Assembly: GCA_001821765.1 (NCBI GenBank)
Contig: MHOA01000007.1
Location: 9,565 to 73,564, forward strand
Origin: Candidatus Ryanbacteria bacterium RIFCSPLOWO2_12_FULL_44_26
Lineage (GTDB): Bacteria; Patescibacteriota; Minisyncoccia; Ryanbacterales; HO2-45-13
Direction: 5' to 3'
Length of the DNA: 64,000 bases
Below are positions 50,491-60,148 of the stretch, piece after piece. The notes below the pieces were generated by a model. It was not told the origin of the DNA, made no database searches, and saw only the letters and a program-made list of their open reading frames with translations. A program made the position numbers and the translations under genes. Position 1 is the first letter of the stretch; the number at the start of each line of letters is the position of its first letter.

Positions 50491-50641
50491 GTGTCTTTTA
50501 AGGGGAAACCGAAGACGCCGGTGTTTTTGTGAAGCTTAAAGAACCGTTTCAGCGGACAGCGCATGGTTTCTCCTTTCAGACTCTTTCTAAGGGATAAAAA
50601 GCCAGCCTTTGCTTTCCATGCTGAAGGGTGGCTTTTTGTTT
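50491..50641 (+). promoter_or_regulatory. Structured leader, copy 2: bulged GG-GAAA-CC hairpin, sequestering strand and intrinsic terminator
   Basis: GTGTCTTT-TAAG-GG-GAAA-CC-GAAGACGC (50491-50518); GGTTTCTCCTT (50565-50575); terminator AAAAAGCCAGCCTTT...GAAGGGTGGCTTTTTGTTT (50596-50641). Confidence 0.7.
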
Positions 50642-50730
50642 GGCAGCTTGGTATGTATATCGCTGTTGTTTCGGAAGTGAAAAGATTTATTGTAAACCGT
50701 TTATCGTTTTGATTCCCGAGGTCATGTTTT

Positions 50731-52281
50731 ATGGTGGATAAGATTATCCAATATTCAAAAAGGTATTTGTTTGAGTGGAGCATATTTGTTGCACAACTCA
50801 AGGCGACGGTTATTGCGGTATTCCCATTTCTTAGATCCATTCATATATCCGAGGAGGTTTCCCTAGATTTTCAAAACAGCGATGATTATCTTTTTCTTGC
50901 TTTCGTTCACAGTGTTAAAAAACACATACATATTGAGACCGTTTCGCTGATGACTGTGGTGTTCACGCTGTTCTTTGGGGCCGTGTACGGCGCGGTACAA
51001 TTTTTTCACGTTCCGGGACTGGTTGTGATATCCAGCATTGTTGCTTTTTTTTATTTGGTCTTGATGGCGTTTAAACTCTGGATTGTTTATCACGGCGTGT
51101 CCTATCCGCTGATCGATTTTTCGAAAAAGGAGATTGAGCATATAAACGACGATGATTTGCCTCTCTATACCATATTAATTCCTCTATACAGAGAAGCCGA
51201 AGTAGCTGACCAAGTCATAAAAGCGATGTCCGCCATAGATTATCCAAAAGACAAGCTGGATATTATCATCACACTAGAAAAATATGATGCGGAAACTCTT
51301 TCAGCTCTTAAAAAGTCAGGTCTGCCTTCCCATTTCAAGACGCTGATACTGCCCGATGTATGTCCTAAAACAAAGCCGAAAGCGCTGAATGTCGCTTTTC
51401 TTGAGGCAATGGGTGAGTTTTTAGTCATCTACGATGCTGAAACTGTTCCTGATGCGGATCAGCTTAAAAAAGCGTATCTTGCGTTTCGATCACATCCGGA
51501 TATTGCGTGTTTCCAAACCCGCCTTGAACATTACAATGCAAACCATAATATATTGACAAAACTTTTTAATACCGAATACTCTTTCCACTACGATCTCTTT
51601 TTGCCCGGTTTGCAAAAGCATAATTTTCCCGTTCCGCTTTCAGGTCACAGCATTCACTTCAGGCGTCACGTCATAGAGAAGATAGGAGCGTGGGATCCGT
51701 ATAATGTAACGGAAGATTGCGATATCGGAATTCGGCTGTATCGTCAGGGGTTTAAGACGGGAATGATGAATTCAGTGACTTATGAAGAGGCCACCTGTAC
51801 GTTAAAAAGCTGGACTATCCAAAGAACAAGATGGATGAAGGGGTTTATCCAGACAAGCATTGTGCATTTGAGGCATCCGTTGCGCTTTAAACAGGAAGTG
51901 GGAGGGTGGAGAAATTTTTTCGTTTTTTTATTAACCGTGCCCGGGACGGTGGCGGTTAACATTCTTAATTTAGTGCTATGGGTGATTCTTGTCATATGGC
52001 TTGTCATGCACTCTTCGTTCATTCAAACGCTCTATCCGCAGCCGGTCCTTTATATGTCAGGGGTTGCATTTATCGTCGGCAGTTTCATATTTACGTACCT
52101 CAATCTGCTTGGGGCCTACCGGAGGAAAAAGTTTTATTTGGTAAAGTACGGCATGCTCACGCCAATATATTGGGTGATGATTGCTATAGCAACCACACGC
52201 GCAGCATTACAGATTATAAAGAATCCTCACGGATGGGAAAAGACAAAACACGGCTCGCACTTATCAAAACAATCCGGCTAG
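50731..52281 (+). CDS. Processive GT2 glycan synthase (cellulose synthase-like)
   Basis: PLYRE, TKPKALN, YDAE, VTEDCD, QRTRW; TM helices on both sides; C-terminal WEKTKHG. Confidence 0.88.
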   Translation: MVDKIIQYSKRYLFEWSIFVAQLKATVIAVFPFLRSIHISEEVSLDFQNSDDYLFLAFVHSVKKHIHIETVSLMTVVFTLFFGAVYGAVQFFHVPGLVVISSIVAFFYLVLMAFKLWIVYHGVSYPLIDFSKKEIEHINDDDLPLYTILIPLYREAEVADQVIKAMSAIDYPKDKLDIIITLEKYDAETLSALKKSGLPSHFKTLILPDVCPKTKPKALNVAFLEAMGEFLVIYDAETVPDADQLKKAYLAFRSHPDIACFQTRLEHYNANHNILTKLFNTEYSFHYDLFLPGLQKHNFPVPLSGHSIHFRRHVIEKIGAWDPYNVTEDCDIGIRLYRQGFKTGMMNSVTYEEATCTLKSWTIQRTRWMKGFIQTSIVHLRHPLRFKQEVGGWRNFFVFLLTVPGTVAVNILNLVLWVILVIWLVMHSSFIQTLYPQPVLYMSGVAFIVGSFIFTYLNLLGAYRRKKFYLVKYGMLTPIYWVMIAIATTRAALQIIKNPHGWEKTKHGSHLSKQSG

Positions 52282-52292
52282 ATTAAAAACGT

Positions 52293-54116
52293 ATGCTAAA
52301 GCGCACCACACAAACAACGTTGTCAGCAAAACTAGCAAGAACAGAGGTTCTGTTGTTTGCTGCTGTATTGGTTATCGGATCGCTGTATGCATGGTATGTC
52401 TACGAGCTTGGGTTTACCTTGTTTCTTGTTGACCAAAATGCCCATTTAAATATTTCACGCCTTATCATTGACAGTTTAACGCCTGGAATCAGTCAGATCG
52501 GTTTTTGGCCCCCGCTTCTCCATATACTCATGATTCCGTTTTCGTTCATTGATGTGCTGTATCAAAGCGGTCTTGCCGCCCCTTTTGCGCTGGTGCCGGT
52601 TTTAGGAGTGGGGGCGCTTTTTCTTTATAAACTGCTGTTTCTTTTTACAAAAAGAAAAGCAGCAGGTGTTCTGGGCGCGTTTCTGTTTGTTTCTAATCCG
52701 TACGTGCTTTACTACTCTGTAACGCCAATGACCGAAGCGCTTTTCATATCATCCCTCTTTATTGTCGCGTATTTTCTTGCACACTGGTTGGTTACAGAGC
52801 AATTTTCTTCACTATTATATCTCGGTATATCTATAACGCTTGCAGGCCTTGCCCGCTTTGAGGGATTTCTGCTCGTTCCGATCGCGGTAGTTATTGTTGT
52901 TCTAAAACTAGTATTGCAAAAGAAACACTATCATGAGATTGAGGCGCTGCTTATTTTGTTCGGGCTGATAGCGGTGCTCGGAGGCGTCTTTACTGTTATG
53001 TACGGATGGGTATTTACGGGTGATCCGTTTGCATTTCTCAATAACCCCTTTTCCCCCCAAGCTCAACAGCGGGACTACTTTTTACCATCCAAACACAGCA
53101 TTGTAAATTCATTTCTGTATCTTCTTTACGCTTTATACCACCTGATAGGAAAAACCTTAGGTCTGCTTGCAATAGGTGCATTTGCGGCGCTGCTGTTCTT
53201 GCTTAGAAACAACCGTTTTAATTTTATTGCCGTAAGTTTGGTGCTGATAAGCCCCTTCTTTTTTGACTGGTTTGCCCTTTTTCAGGGCAGCGCTCTTATT
53301 TATGTCCCGGACCTGCCTCCCTTCGGAGAGTTTGCGAACGAGCGATATGGTCTTTATCCGTTCGGGTTCACGGTCTTTGCGGCAGGAATGTTTGTATATT
53401 TTTTGTATGAGCGGGCGCTGTCGCAAAGGGTACTTTGGCCTGTGACTGCAATCGCGACGGGCTTGATCATGGGGCTTCTTTTTTGGAATAGCGCCTTACT
53501 TTTTTATAACGTAACCTATGCGGACACGTTTAAGGTTATCCAAATGTCCGGTAAGGGTTCATTAATACCGGATCAGAGAGAACTTGCGTTGGCGTTGAGG
53601 GGTCAGTATGATTACGGGAAGATTTTGCTTATGCGCGCTATGCAGAACCACATAACCGTTACGGCACAAATTCCGCTCAAGAGCTATATTGTTGAAAGCA
53701 ATTACCCTTACTTCGATGAAGCGCTGGAACTGCCGTGGTTTTTTGCGCGATGGGTGGTTATGTATAACCCCGACATAGCGGTTGTGGAGTGGAGGAAGGA
53801 AAACGAACGCATTTCGGCTCGCTGGGCAAATTCGGATGAATTTCGTGAAGCATATGAGCTTGTTTTTGAAAACGAATCCGAACGTTTATACCGTTTAAGG
53901 GAAGATGTTGTAAGAAAAAAAGCCGCGATGATTGGTATGGATGCATCAACTATTCCTTCATTGAATCCTGATATGGTTCGGTGGGAAACAAGGACGGTAT
54001 ATGCTGAAATTACAGGGAAGTTGAGAGTTTACTATGAGGGGATCATGGTGAAAGCTGACGAAGCAAAGACGTTAGGTTTTGAGATGCAAACCGATGAGGA
54101 TGCTGAAGATAATTGA
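52293..54116 (+). CDS. GT-C (GT39/ArnT-like) membrane glycosyltransferase
   Basis: DQNAHLNISR, WPPLLH, NPYVLYY..TPMTEALF, LARFEG; many TM segments. Confidence 0.7.
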   Translation: MLKRTTQTTLSAKLARTEVLLFAAVLVIGSLYAWYVYELGFTLFLVDQNAHLNISRLIIDSLTPGISQIGFWPPLLHILMIPFSFIDVLYQSGLAAPFALVPVLGVGALFLYKLLFLFTKRKAAGVLGAFLFVSNPYVLYYSVTPMTEALFISSLFIVAYFLAHWLVTEQFSSLLYLGISITLAGLARFEGFLLVPIAVVIVVLKLVLQKKHYHEIEALLILFGLIAVLGGVFTVMYGWVFTGDPFAFLNNPFSPQAQQRDYFLPSKHSIVNSFLYLLYALYHLIGKTLGLLAIGAFAALLFLLRNNRFNFIAVSLVLISPFFFDWFALFQGSALIYVPDLPPFGEFANERYGLYPFGFTVFAAGMFVYFLYERALSQRVLWPVTAIATGLIMGLLFWNSALLFYNVTYADTFKVIQMSGKGSLIPDQRELALALRGQYDYGKILLMRAMQNHITVTAQIPLKSYIVESNYPYFDEALELPWFFARWVVMYNPDIAVVEWRKENERISARWANSDEFREAYELVFENESERLYRLREDVVRKKAAMIGMDASTIPSLNPDMVRWETRTVYAEITGKLRVYYEGIMVKADEAKTLGFEMQTDEDAEDN

Positions 54117-54141
54117 CGATATCAGTAATATCATTATCACG

Positions 54142-57100
54142 ATGAGTACAAATATATCTACACCACTGACAAAAACGTTCGTACGCCCGCTTTGTGCTGT
54201 AGCATTTTTTGTGTTTTTCGGTCTTGTCTTTGCCGGTGTTGCAGATGCGCATGAGATGCGCATCAACACCGGAGGCCTCTCCTTCGTTGATACCGGCGGC
54301 AACACTTGGGAAGCCGATGCGCATTTCAACACCGGCAACACCTTCTCCACCGCTGCTGCGATCAGCAACACGGCCGATGACCTGCTCTATCAGACCGAGC
54401 GGTGGGATGATGCGCCCGCCCCAGAGCTTGCGTATGCCATTCCCGTAGCAAACGGCGATTACATGGTTACCCTCCACTTTGCAGAAATCTGGTCAGGAGC
54501 TTTTTCCATCGGTGCACGGGTGTTCGATGTAGGGATGGAAGGAATCACCGTCTTAGACAATATTGATATCTATGCCGAGGCCGGAGCAAACACCGCGCTT
54601 ACAAAAACCTTTACTGCCACCGTCACCGACGGCGCATTGGACATACTTTTTACCCATGTAGTCCAGAATCCCAAGATCGCTGGGATTGAGGTGATGGAAC
54701 ATGAGGAAGAGACGCACCTTATGCATGTGGTGGCGGGTCCTGATCAAACCGTAGTGGATGATGACGGTGATGGCGCCGAATTAGTCACGCTGGATGCAGG
54801 TGATTCCCACACCCATGCGTTTGGCGAAACAATTGTAAGCTGGGTTTGGGCGGAAGGCGTCGAAACCATTGGCACAACTGAAGTCATCACCGCACCTTTT
54901 TCGGTCGGTGTCCATGAAATTTTGCTTGTTGCAACAGATAGTGCAGGAAATACCGGCAGCGATGCGGTAATGGTCACAGTGCTTGCGCCGAACGATGTAC
55001 CCGGCCTTGCCGGCTATTATTTTGATTTTACCGGCACCCCGCTTACATCCATACCGGATGTAAGCGCCCTGCAAGCCGACTGGGCGCAAATAGAGCCAAA
55101 TCTTAATTATGATGCGACATCAGGAAATTTTGCTGGAACTCCTTTTAGCGAAAACTTTGCCGCCCGCTATACGGGATTTATAGATATTCCGGTTGGCGGA
55201 TCATACGGCTTCGCGATAGAAAGCGATGACGGCTCGCGGCTTTTTATAGACGACGCGCTTTTGATCAACAATGACGGACTCCATGCGATGAAGAAGATGT
55301 CCGCGGTCAGCGCGTTATCTGCCGGGATGCATAAGGTTATGATTGAATTTTTTGAGGCAAGCGGGCAAGCAGGATTGAAATTTTACTGGACGCCTCCTGC
55401 GATAGCAGAGCAGATTGTTCCTTCAAGCGCGTTGTTTTATGAATATCCAGCGCTCCTCCCCGTCATCAATGTTATTGATCCTCTTTCAGGGCCCGAGGTC
55501 GGCGGCAATAAAGTAACGATAAACGGTTTTGGGTTTATTTTTTCTGTAGATGAAACAACGGTCAATTTCGGGGGAACAGCGCTTACGGGGAGCAGCCTTA
55601 CGATTATTGACGAAAATACTATAGAGGTTATTGCACCTGCGGGAATCGGAACGGTAGCGGTAAGCGTGGCAACGCCAAATAGCGTAAGCAAAGGAGAAAA
55701 TTATCTTTATATCGAAGATGCTCCGCCGCCCGTTCTGTTTACGAGCGGGACGCTCTTTTCAGGTATTAATGGCCCGACAAGCCTTGCTTTTGGACCTGAC
55801 GGCAAGCTCTATGTAGGAACGCAGTTCGGGACAGTATGGGTGTTAACGCTTGATGATAATCTCAACGTCATTAATTCCTATTCTACCGGCATCATTCAGG
55901 ATTCAGAGTCGACGTTTCGGAGTATTCTTGGCATCGCCTTTAATCCTTTAGATGATCCTTTAAACCCAAAGCTCTATGTGGCGCACAGCTTTCTTTTTCA
56001 TGGAGACGATATTGATTTTTATAAAGGAAAAATAAGCACCTTGAGCGGTCCCGGTTTAAGCGTTAAAGAAGACATTATCACGGGTCTTCCGGTTTCCGAT
56101 CACGATCACGGCATGAACGGCATGGAATTCGGAATGAAAGGGGAAATGTATATTCAAGTCGGAGGCAATACCAATGCCGGTGTCCCGGGAGTGCTCAGTT
56201 CTTCGGGGGAGCTGGATGAAGGGGCGCTTTCAGCGGCCACGCTGGTTGCCCATCTTGAGCGGGAAAATTTTGATGGGAATGTCACTCATAACTCAGCGGG
56301 GGAGCAAACTGGAGGGTTTGATGTTGAGGTTTTTGCTTCCGGTTTTCGCAACCCCTATGATTTGGTTCTGCATTCTAACGGAGGGCTCTATGGAACTGAC
56401 AACGGCCCGAACTTCGGGTATGGAGGGAAATCAACCGGGTGCGCGGCAGAAGGCCCTGACCCTGAAGAGCCTGACGAGCTCAATCTCATTGTTGAGAATG
56501 GATATTATGGCCACGCAAATCGTCTGCGCGGAGCAAGCGATCCTCGGCAGTGCGTGTGGCGCAGTATCTTTGAGCCGAGCGACGCGCAATATACCGCTCC
56601 CATGACAACATTCACCCCATCTACCAATGGCATTACCGAATATCGCTCAAACACCTTCGGCGGGCAATTAAAGGGCCATCTGCTTGCCTCGCGCTGGGAA
56701 GGGGAGCTCTATGACGTTGAGCTTTCAGGTGATGGCAAGAGCGTGGCAAGCCAAAACATCTTAACGCCGCAGGGGGGTCTTGATGTAACGACTGGTCCTG
56801 ATGGAACGATTTTCATCGCCCAACATCTGGCTGGTAAGATTATTTATCATAAGCCCAGTGAACCCGTCCCTTCCGTTCCTCATATTATATCGGCAACACC
56901 CTACCGAGGTCCGCTGACCGGAGAACGAACAGCGCTTATTACCGGTTCTGGGCTTAATGCGGGCGGTATGGCCATGGTCACGTTTGGAGGAAAAAATTGT
57001 CCAACCGTTTCTGTTACATCAACAGCTATAAAGTGCATGGTTCCAGCCGGCGACGCGCCGGGAGCGGTAGACATAGTGGTAACTACCGCAGGCATGACCG

Positions 57101-58557
57101 CCGTTCTTCCCGGGGGATATACCTATATGGATTCAACACTTCCGCCTCCGCCGCCCTTGGTTGGCAAGTGGTTTGCCAAGGTGCCGCTTCCCATTGCAAT
57201 CGGTGAGATGTCGGCTGCGGCGATTGGAGATTTTGTTTATGTGCTGGCTGGTCACGGCGAAGGCGCATATAACGATACGCTCTACCGGTATGATACGATG
57301 CAAAATGTCTGGGAGAGTATGGCGCCGCAGACGGTAGCCCCGTTGGCGGATCACGCAGCTGTTGAGGTTATTAACGGGAAGATATATATGTTTGGCGGGA
57401 TTTTACCTCCGGGGGAAGGAGAATCAAACACACTTGCGATTTATAATCCTGTCACGGATGCATGGTCGCTTGGTTCACCCCTCATGAAAGAAGGCGTGCC
57501 GTATGGGCTTGGCTCGGTTGCATCCGGCGTTATTGGCGGAAAGCTCTATATTGCGGGAGGCATCCACGATGGGAATCTTGCCGGGAATCCAACTGACACG
57601 TTCGTGTATAATCCGGTGGCGGACATATGGACGGAACTTGCCCCAATGCCGTCCGGCAGGAATCACGCCGCTGGCGTGGGTTACAGCGGCAAGTTCTACG
57701 TTTTTAGCGGCAGGCAAGGAGAGAATGATCCAAACGAATTGACGTTTGACGATTCGTACGTGTACGATCCATCCTCTAATACATGGGGAATGCTCGCTCC
57801 CATTCCGACGCCAAGAGGCGGCATGGGAACAGCTGTTGCGCTGCTGGACGAACTTTTTGTAATTGGCGGGGAGGGCGGAGGACCGTCGTCCGGGACGTAT
57901 CCGAATGTTGAAGCGTATAATCCCGTAACAAACACATGGCGCGCACTGCCGGATCTCCCCACGCCCCGGCATGGTATTTATCCCGTGCTGGTTGGGGATG
58001 ATATCCATGTGGTCGCCGGTGGGACAATGGAGGGTCATTCCCATAGCGCAATACACGAAATGTACAATCCCTACGGTATTGATGAGCACCAAGCGCCATC
58101 AGCAGGCATCCGCATCAACACCGGCGGCCTCTCCTTCGTTGATACCGGCGGCAACACTTGGGAAGCCGATGCGCATTTCAACACCGGCAACACCTTCTCC
58201 ACCGCTGCTGCGATCAGCAACACGGCCGATGACCTGCTCTATCAGACCGAGCGGTGGGATGATACCCCAGCTCCGGAATTAGCGTATGCTATTCCGGTAG
58301 ACAATAGTCATTACGAAGTGACCCTCCATTTTGCCGAAATCTGGTCGGGCGCCTTTGCGGTTGGCGCGCGCGTGTTTGATGTGGCCATTGAAGGCGCCAC
58401 GGTTCTAGACGACTTTGACATTTATGCCGAAGCGGGAGCAAACACCGCGCTTACGAAAACCTTCCATGTTGAGGTCTCCGATGGCACGCTGAACATCCTC
58501 TTTTCCCGCGAAGTCCAAAATCCCAAGATCGCTGGGATTGAGGCGGTCAGGCACTAA
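54142..58557 (+). CDS. Giant secreted protein: malectin, PKD, PA14, IPT/TIG, PQQ-type sugar-dehydrogenase-like propeller, IPT/TIG, Kelch propeller, malectin
   Basis: LYQTERW..VTLHFAEI..RVFDV twice (malectin); ESDDGSRLFID..NNDGLH (PA14); GPTSLAFGPDG, SGFRNPYD, GTDNGPN (GSDH-like); repeated IYMFGG/LYIAGG/VYNP Kelch units. Confidence 0.85.
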   Translation: MSTNISTPLTKTFVRPLCAVAFFVFFGLVFAGVADAHEMRINTGGLSFVDTGGNTWEADAHFNTGNTFSTAAAISNTADDLLYQTERWDDAPAPELAYAIPVANGDYMVTLHFAEIWSGAFSIGARVFDVGMEGITVLDNIDIYAEAGANTALTKTFTATVTDGALDILFTHVVQNPKIAGIEVMEHEEETHLMHVVAGPDQTVVDDDGDGAELVTLDAGDSHTHAFGETIVSWVWAEGVETIGTTEVITAPFSVGVHEILLVATDSAGNTGSDAVMVTVLAPNDVPGLAGYYFDFTGTPLTSIPDVSALQADWAQIEPNLNYDATSGNFAGTPFSENFAARYTGFIDIPVGGSYGFAIESDDGSRLFIDDALLINNDGLHAMKKMSAVSALSAGMHKVMIEFFEASGQAGLKFYWTPPAIAEQIVPSSALFYEYPALLPVINVIDPLSGPEVGGNKVTINGFGFIFSVDETTVNFGGTALTGSSLTIIDENTIEVIAPAGIGTVAVSVATPNSVSKGENYLYIEDAPPPVLFTSGTLFSGINGPTSLAFGPDGKLYVGTQFGTVWVLTLDDNLNVINSYSTGIIQDSESTFRSILGIAFNPLDDPLNPKLYVAHSFLFHGDDIDFYKGKISTLSGPGLSVKEDIITGLPVSDHDHGMNGMEFGMKGEMYIQVGGNTNAGVPGVLSSSGELDEGALSAATLVAHLERENFDGNVTHNSAGEQTGGFDVEVFASGFRNPYDLVLHSNGGLYGTDNGPNFGYGGKSTGCAAEGPDPEEPDELNLIVENGYYGHANRLRGASDPRQCVWRSIFEPSDAQYTAPMTTFTPSTNGITEYRSNTFGGQLKGHLLASRWEGELYDVELSGDGKSVASQNILTPQGGLDVTTGPDGTIFIAQHLAGKIIYHKPSEPVPSVPHIISATPYRGPLTGERTALITGSGLNAGGMAMVTFGGKNCPTVSVTSTAIKCMVPAGDAPGAVDIVVTTAGMTAVLPGGYTYMDSTLPPPPPLVGKWFAKVPLPIAIGEMSAAAIGDFVYVLAGHGEGAYNDTLYRYDTMQNVWESMAPQTVAPLADHAAVEVINGKIYMFGGILPPGEGESNTLAIYNPVTDAWSLGSPLMKEGVPYGLGSVASGVIGGKLYIAGGIHDGNLAGNPTDTFVYNPVADIWTELAPMPSGRNHAAGVGYSGKFYVFSGRQGENDPNELTFDDSYVYDPSSNTWGMLAPIPTPRGGMGTAVALLDELFVIGGEGGGPSSGTYPNVEAYNPVTNTWRALPDLPTPRHGIYPVLVGDDIHVVAGGTMEGHSHSAIHEMYNPYGIDEHQAPSAGIRINTGGLSFVDTGGNTWEADAHFNTGNTFSTAAAISNTADDLLYQTERWDDTPAPELAYAIPVDNSHYEVTLHFAEIWSGAFAVGARVFDVAIEGATVLDDFDIYAEAGANTALTKTFHVEVSDGTLNILFSREVQNPKIAGIEAVRH
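54259..58263 (+). repeat. 153-bp near-identical direct repeat (starts of the two malectin domains)
   Basis: 54259-54411 versus 58111-58263, one mismatch seen (GGAGGC versus GGCGGC). Confidence 0.9.
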
Positions 58558-58646
58558 AGCGCAAATAATCTGATACACTGTCTTTGTTCTCTAGAGGAGA
58601 GAACTGTTTTGTCCATCAAGAAACATGATCATTTCGGGAAAACAAT

Positions 58647-59840
58647 ATGCAGTTTAAGAGCCCCGTAAGACTATTTATACTCCTTTTTGGTTTTATATTC
58701 ATTTTTATCGCTGTTTCAAGCGTAGTTATTGCTGTTTCTTTTTTTAATATGCTGTTGGATACCAAAAAAGAGAATAATACGCCAGCTATTTCGTATCACA
58801 GCACAGATCAGGATTCTGTTGATTCCAAATATCAAGAAGCGCCAGCTATAAAGGAAGAGAACCAGAGAACAGAACATGAGGATCAATCAGTGAAGGGGCT
58901 TGCATTGTCGTTTCCGCCGCCCCCTTCCATTCTTAGAAAACCGCTGACCGGAGAGGCATGTGAGGCGGCGATCAACTCCTCTCCCTTTTACCGTGATCCG
59001 AAATCTCAAGCCGCAAAAGCGCAAATGGCGCTTGCCACAGAGGGACGCACGGAAGACGCCGATGTATTGAGGGAAATTTCCTGTTTTCCGCAGGCTGCAT
59101 GGATTATCGGAGGTTCCCCGGCCGAAGCGCGCGCCCGCGTGGAAGAAATAAACGCTAGAGCAGCGGATCAAAATAAAATTGCGCTTTTTGTTCTTTATAA
59201 TATTCCTTCACATACGACGCCCGCATGGCGAAGCGGTTTAAAGAACGAAGTCTATCGCGATTGGGTTGGCGCCGTTGCCCAAGGAATTGGCATAAGACGG
59301 GCATGGATTGTTCTTGAGCCGGATGCGCTCCCGCTGGCCACCGGCCTTAGTTTAAACGATCAGGCAATTCGGTTAGGAGAAATACGCGATGCCGTTGAAA
59401 TACTAAAAAAACATTCTCTAAACGTTCGGGTGTATCTTGATGCAGGGCACAGTTTCTGGAAAACGCCGGATGCAATTTCAGCGTTGCTGCTGAAGGCGGG
59501 AATCGCGAGAGCGGACGGATTTATCGTGAATGTATCAAACTATCAATTACTCTCCGATGAGCTGATATTTGGTCGCGCGGTTTCGGCGCGCACGGGCAAC
59601 ACGTCATTTATTGTGGATACAAGCCGCAACGGAAACGGCCCTCCCAGCGATAAAGAATGGTGCAATGCGCGGGGACGGGCATTGGGACTGAAGCCAACAA
59701 TCAAGACTGGCGAGCCGTTGGTGGACGCTTATCTTTGGATAAAGCCCCCGGGCGAGTCGGATGGAGATTGCAACGGCGGCCCGCCAGCAGGAAAATTCTG
59801 GCTTGAGTATGCGCTTGATTTGGCACGGAACGCCCTTTAA
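58647..59840 (+). CDS. Membrane-anchored glycoside hydrolase family 6 (endoglucanase-like)
   Basis: VLYNIP, VLEPDAL, YLDAGH, NVSNY, DTSRNGNG, WCN, LWIKPPGESDG. Confidence 0.9.
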   Translation: MQFKSPVRLFILLFGFIFIFIAVSSVVIAVSFFNMLLDTKKENNTPAISYHSTDQDSVDSKYQEAPAIKEENQRTEHEDQSVKGLALSFPPPPSILRKPLTGEACEAAINSSPFYRDPKSQAAKAQMALATEGRTEDADVLREISCFPQAAWIIGGSPAEARARVEEINARAADQNKIALFVLYNIPSHTTPAWRSGLKNEVYRDWVGAVAQGIGIRRAWIVLEPDALPLATGLSLNDQAIRLGEIRDAVEILKKHSLNVRVYLDAGHSFWKTPDAISALLLKAGIARADGFIVNVSNYQLLSDELIFGRAVSARTGNTSFIVDTSRNGNGPPSDKEWCNARGRALGLKPTIKTGEPLVDAYLWIKPPGESDGDCNGGPPAGKFWLEYALDLARNAL

Positions 59841-59903
59841 GGGATGGGTATATCTTGTGGATATTTTGTGACCAAAGTGTTTATGAATTTTGGTTCATTT
59901 TTA

Positions 59904-59933
59904 TTGACCATGAGTGTTTGGAATTGTTAAAGT
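59904..59933 (+). promoter_or_regulatory. Sigma70-like promoter of module 3
   Basis: TTGACC (59904-59909), N18, TAAAGT (59928-59933), with TG of an extended -10. Confidence 0.5.
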
Positions 59934-59995
59934 TGTAATGGTAAGAACATGGCATAGAAATATCGAAATAAGAAAACTTAGATCAAGGAAATAAG

Positions 59996-60090
59996 AGCGC
60001 AGGTTTTTATGAATGTTGGTTTTTAATACAACTTAAAAAAGCGCAGGGAAACCGCTTTTCATCAAGTTCTGTACCTGCGCTTTTTTATTA
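59996..60090 (+). promoter_or_regulatory. Structured leader, copy 3: GG-GAAA-CC hairpin overlapping a terminator arm
   Basis: AAAAGC-GCA-GG-GAAA-CC-GCTTTT (60037-60059) uses the 5' arm of TAAAAAAGCGCAGG / CCTGCGCTTTTTTA (60034-60087); AGCGCAGGT (59996-60004) is another possible partner of the 3' arm. Confidence 0.6.
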
Positions 60091-60148
60091 CTTCATTTAA
60101 ACAGAAAATATTGCCGATATCTGATTATTAAGTACTAAGTGAATTTTT

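Noticed and set aside
54259-58263. Diversity-generating retroelement TR/VR pair
   Set aside because: Both copies are coding domains, differences beyond the identical tract affect all four bases and are largely synonymous, and no reverse transcriptase is in the window.
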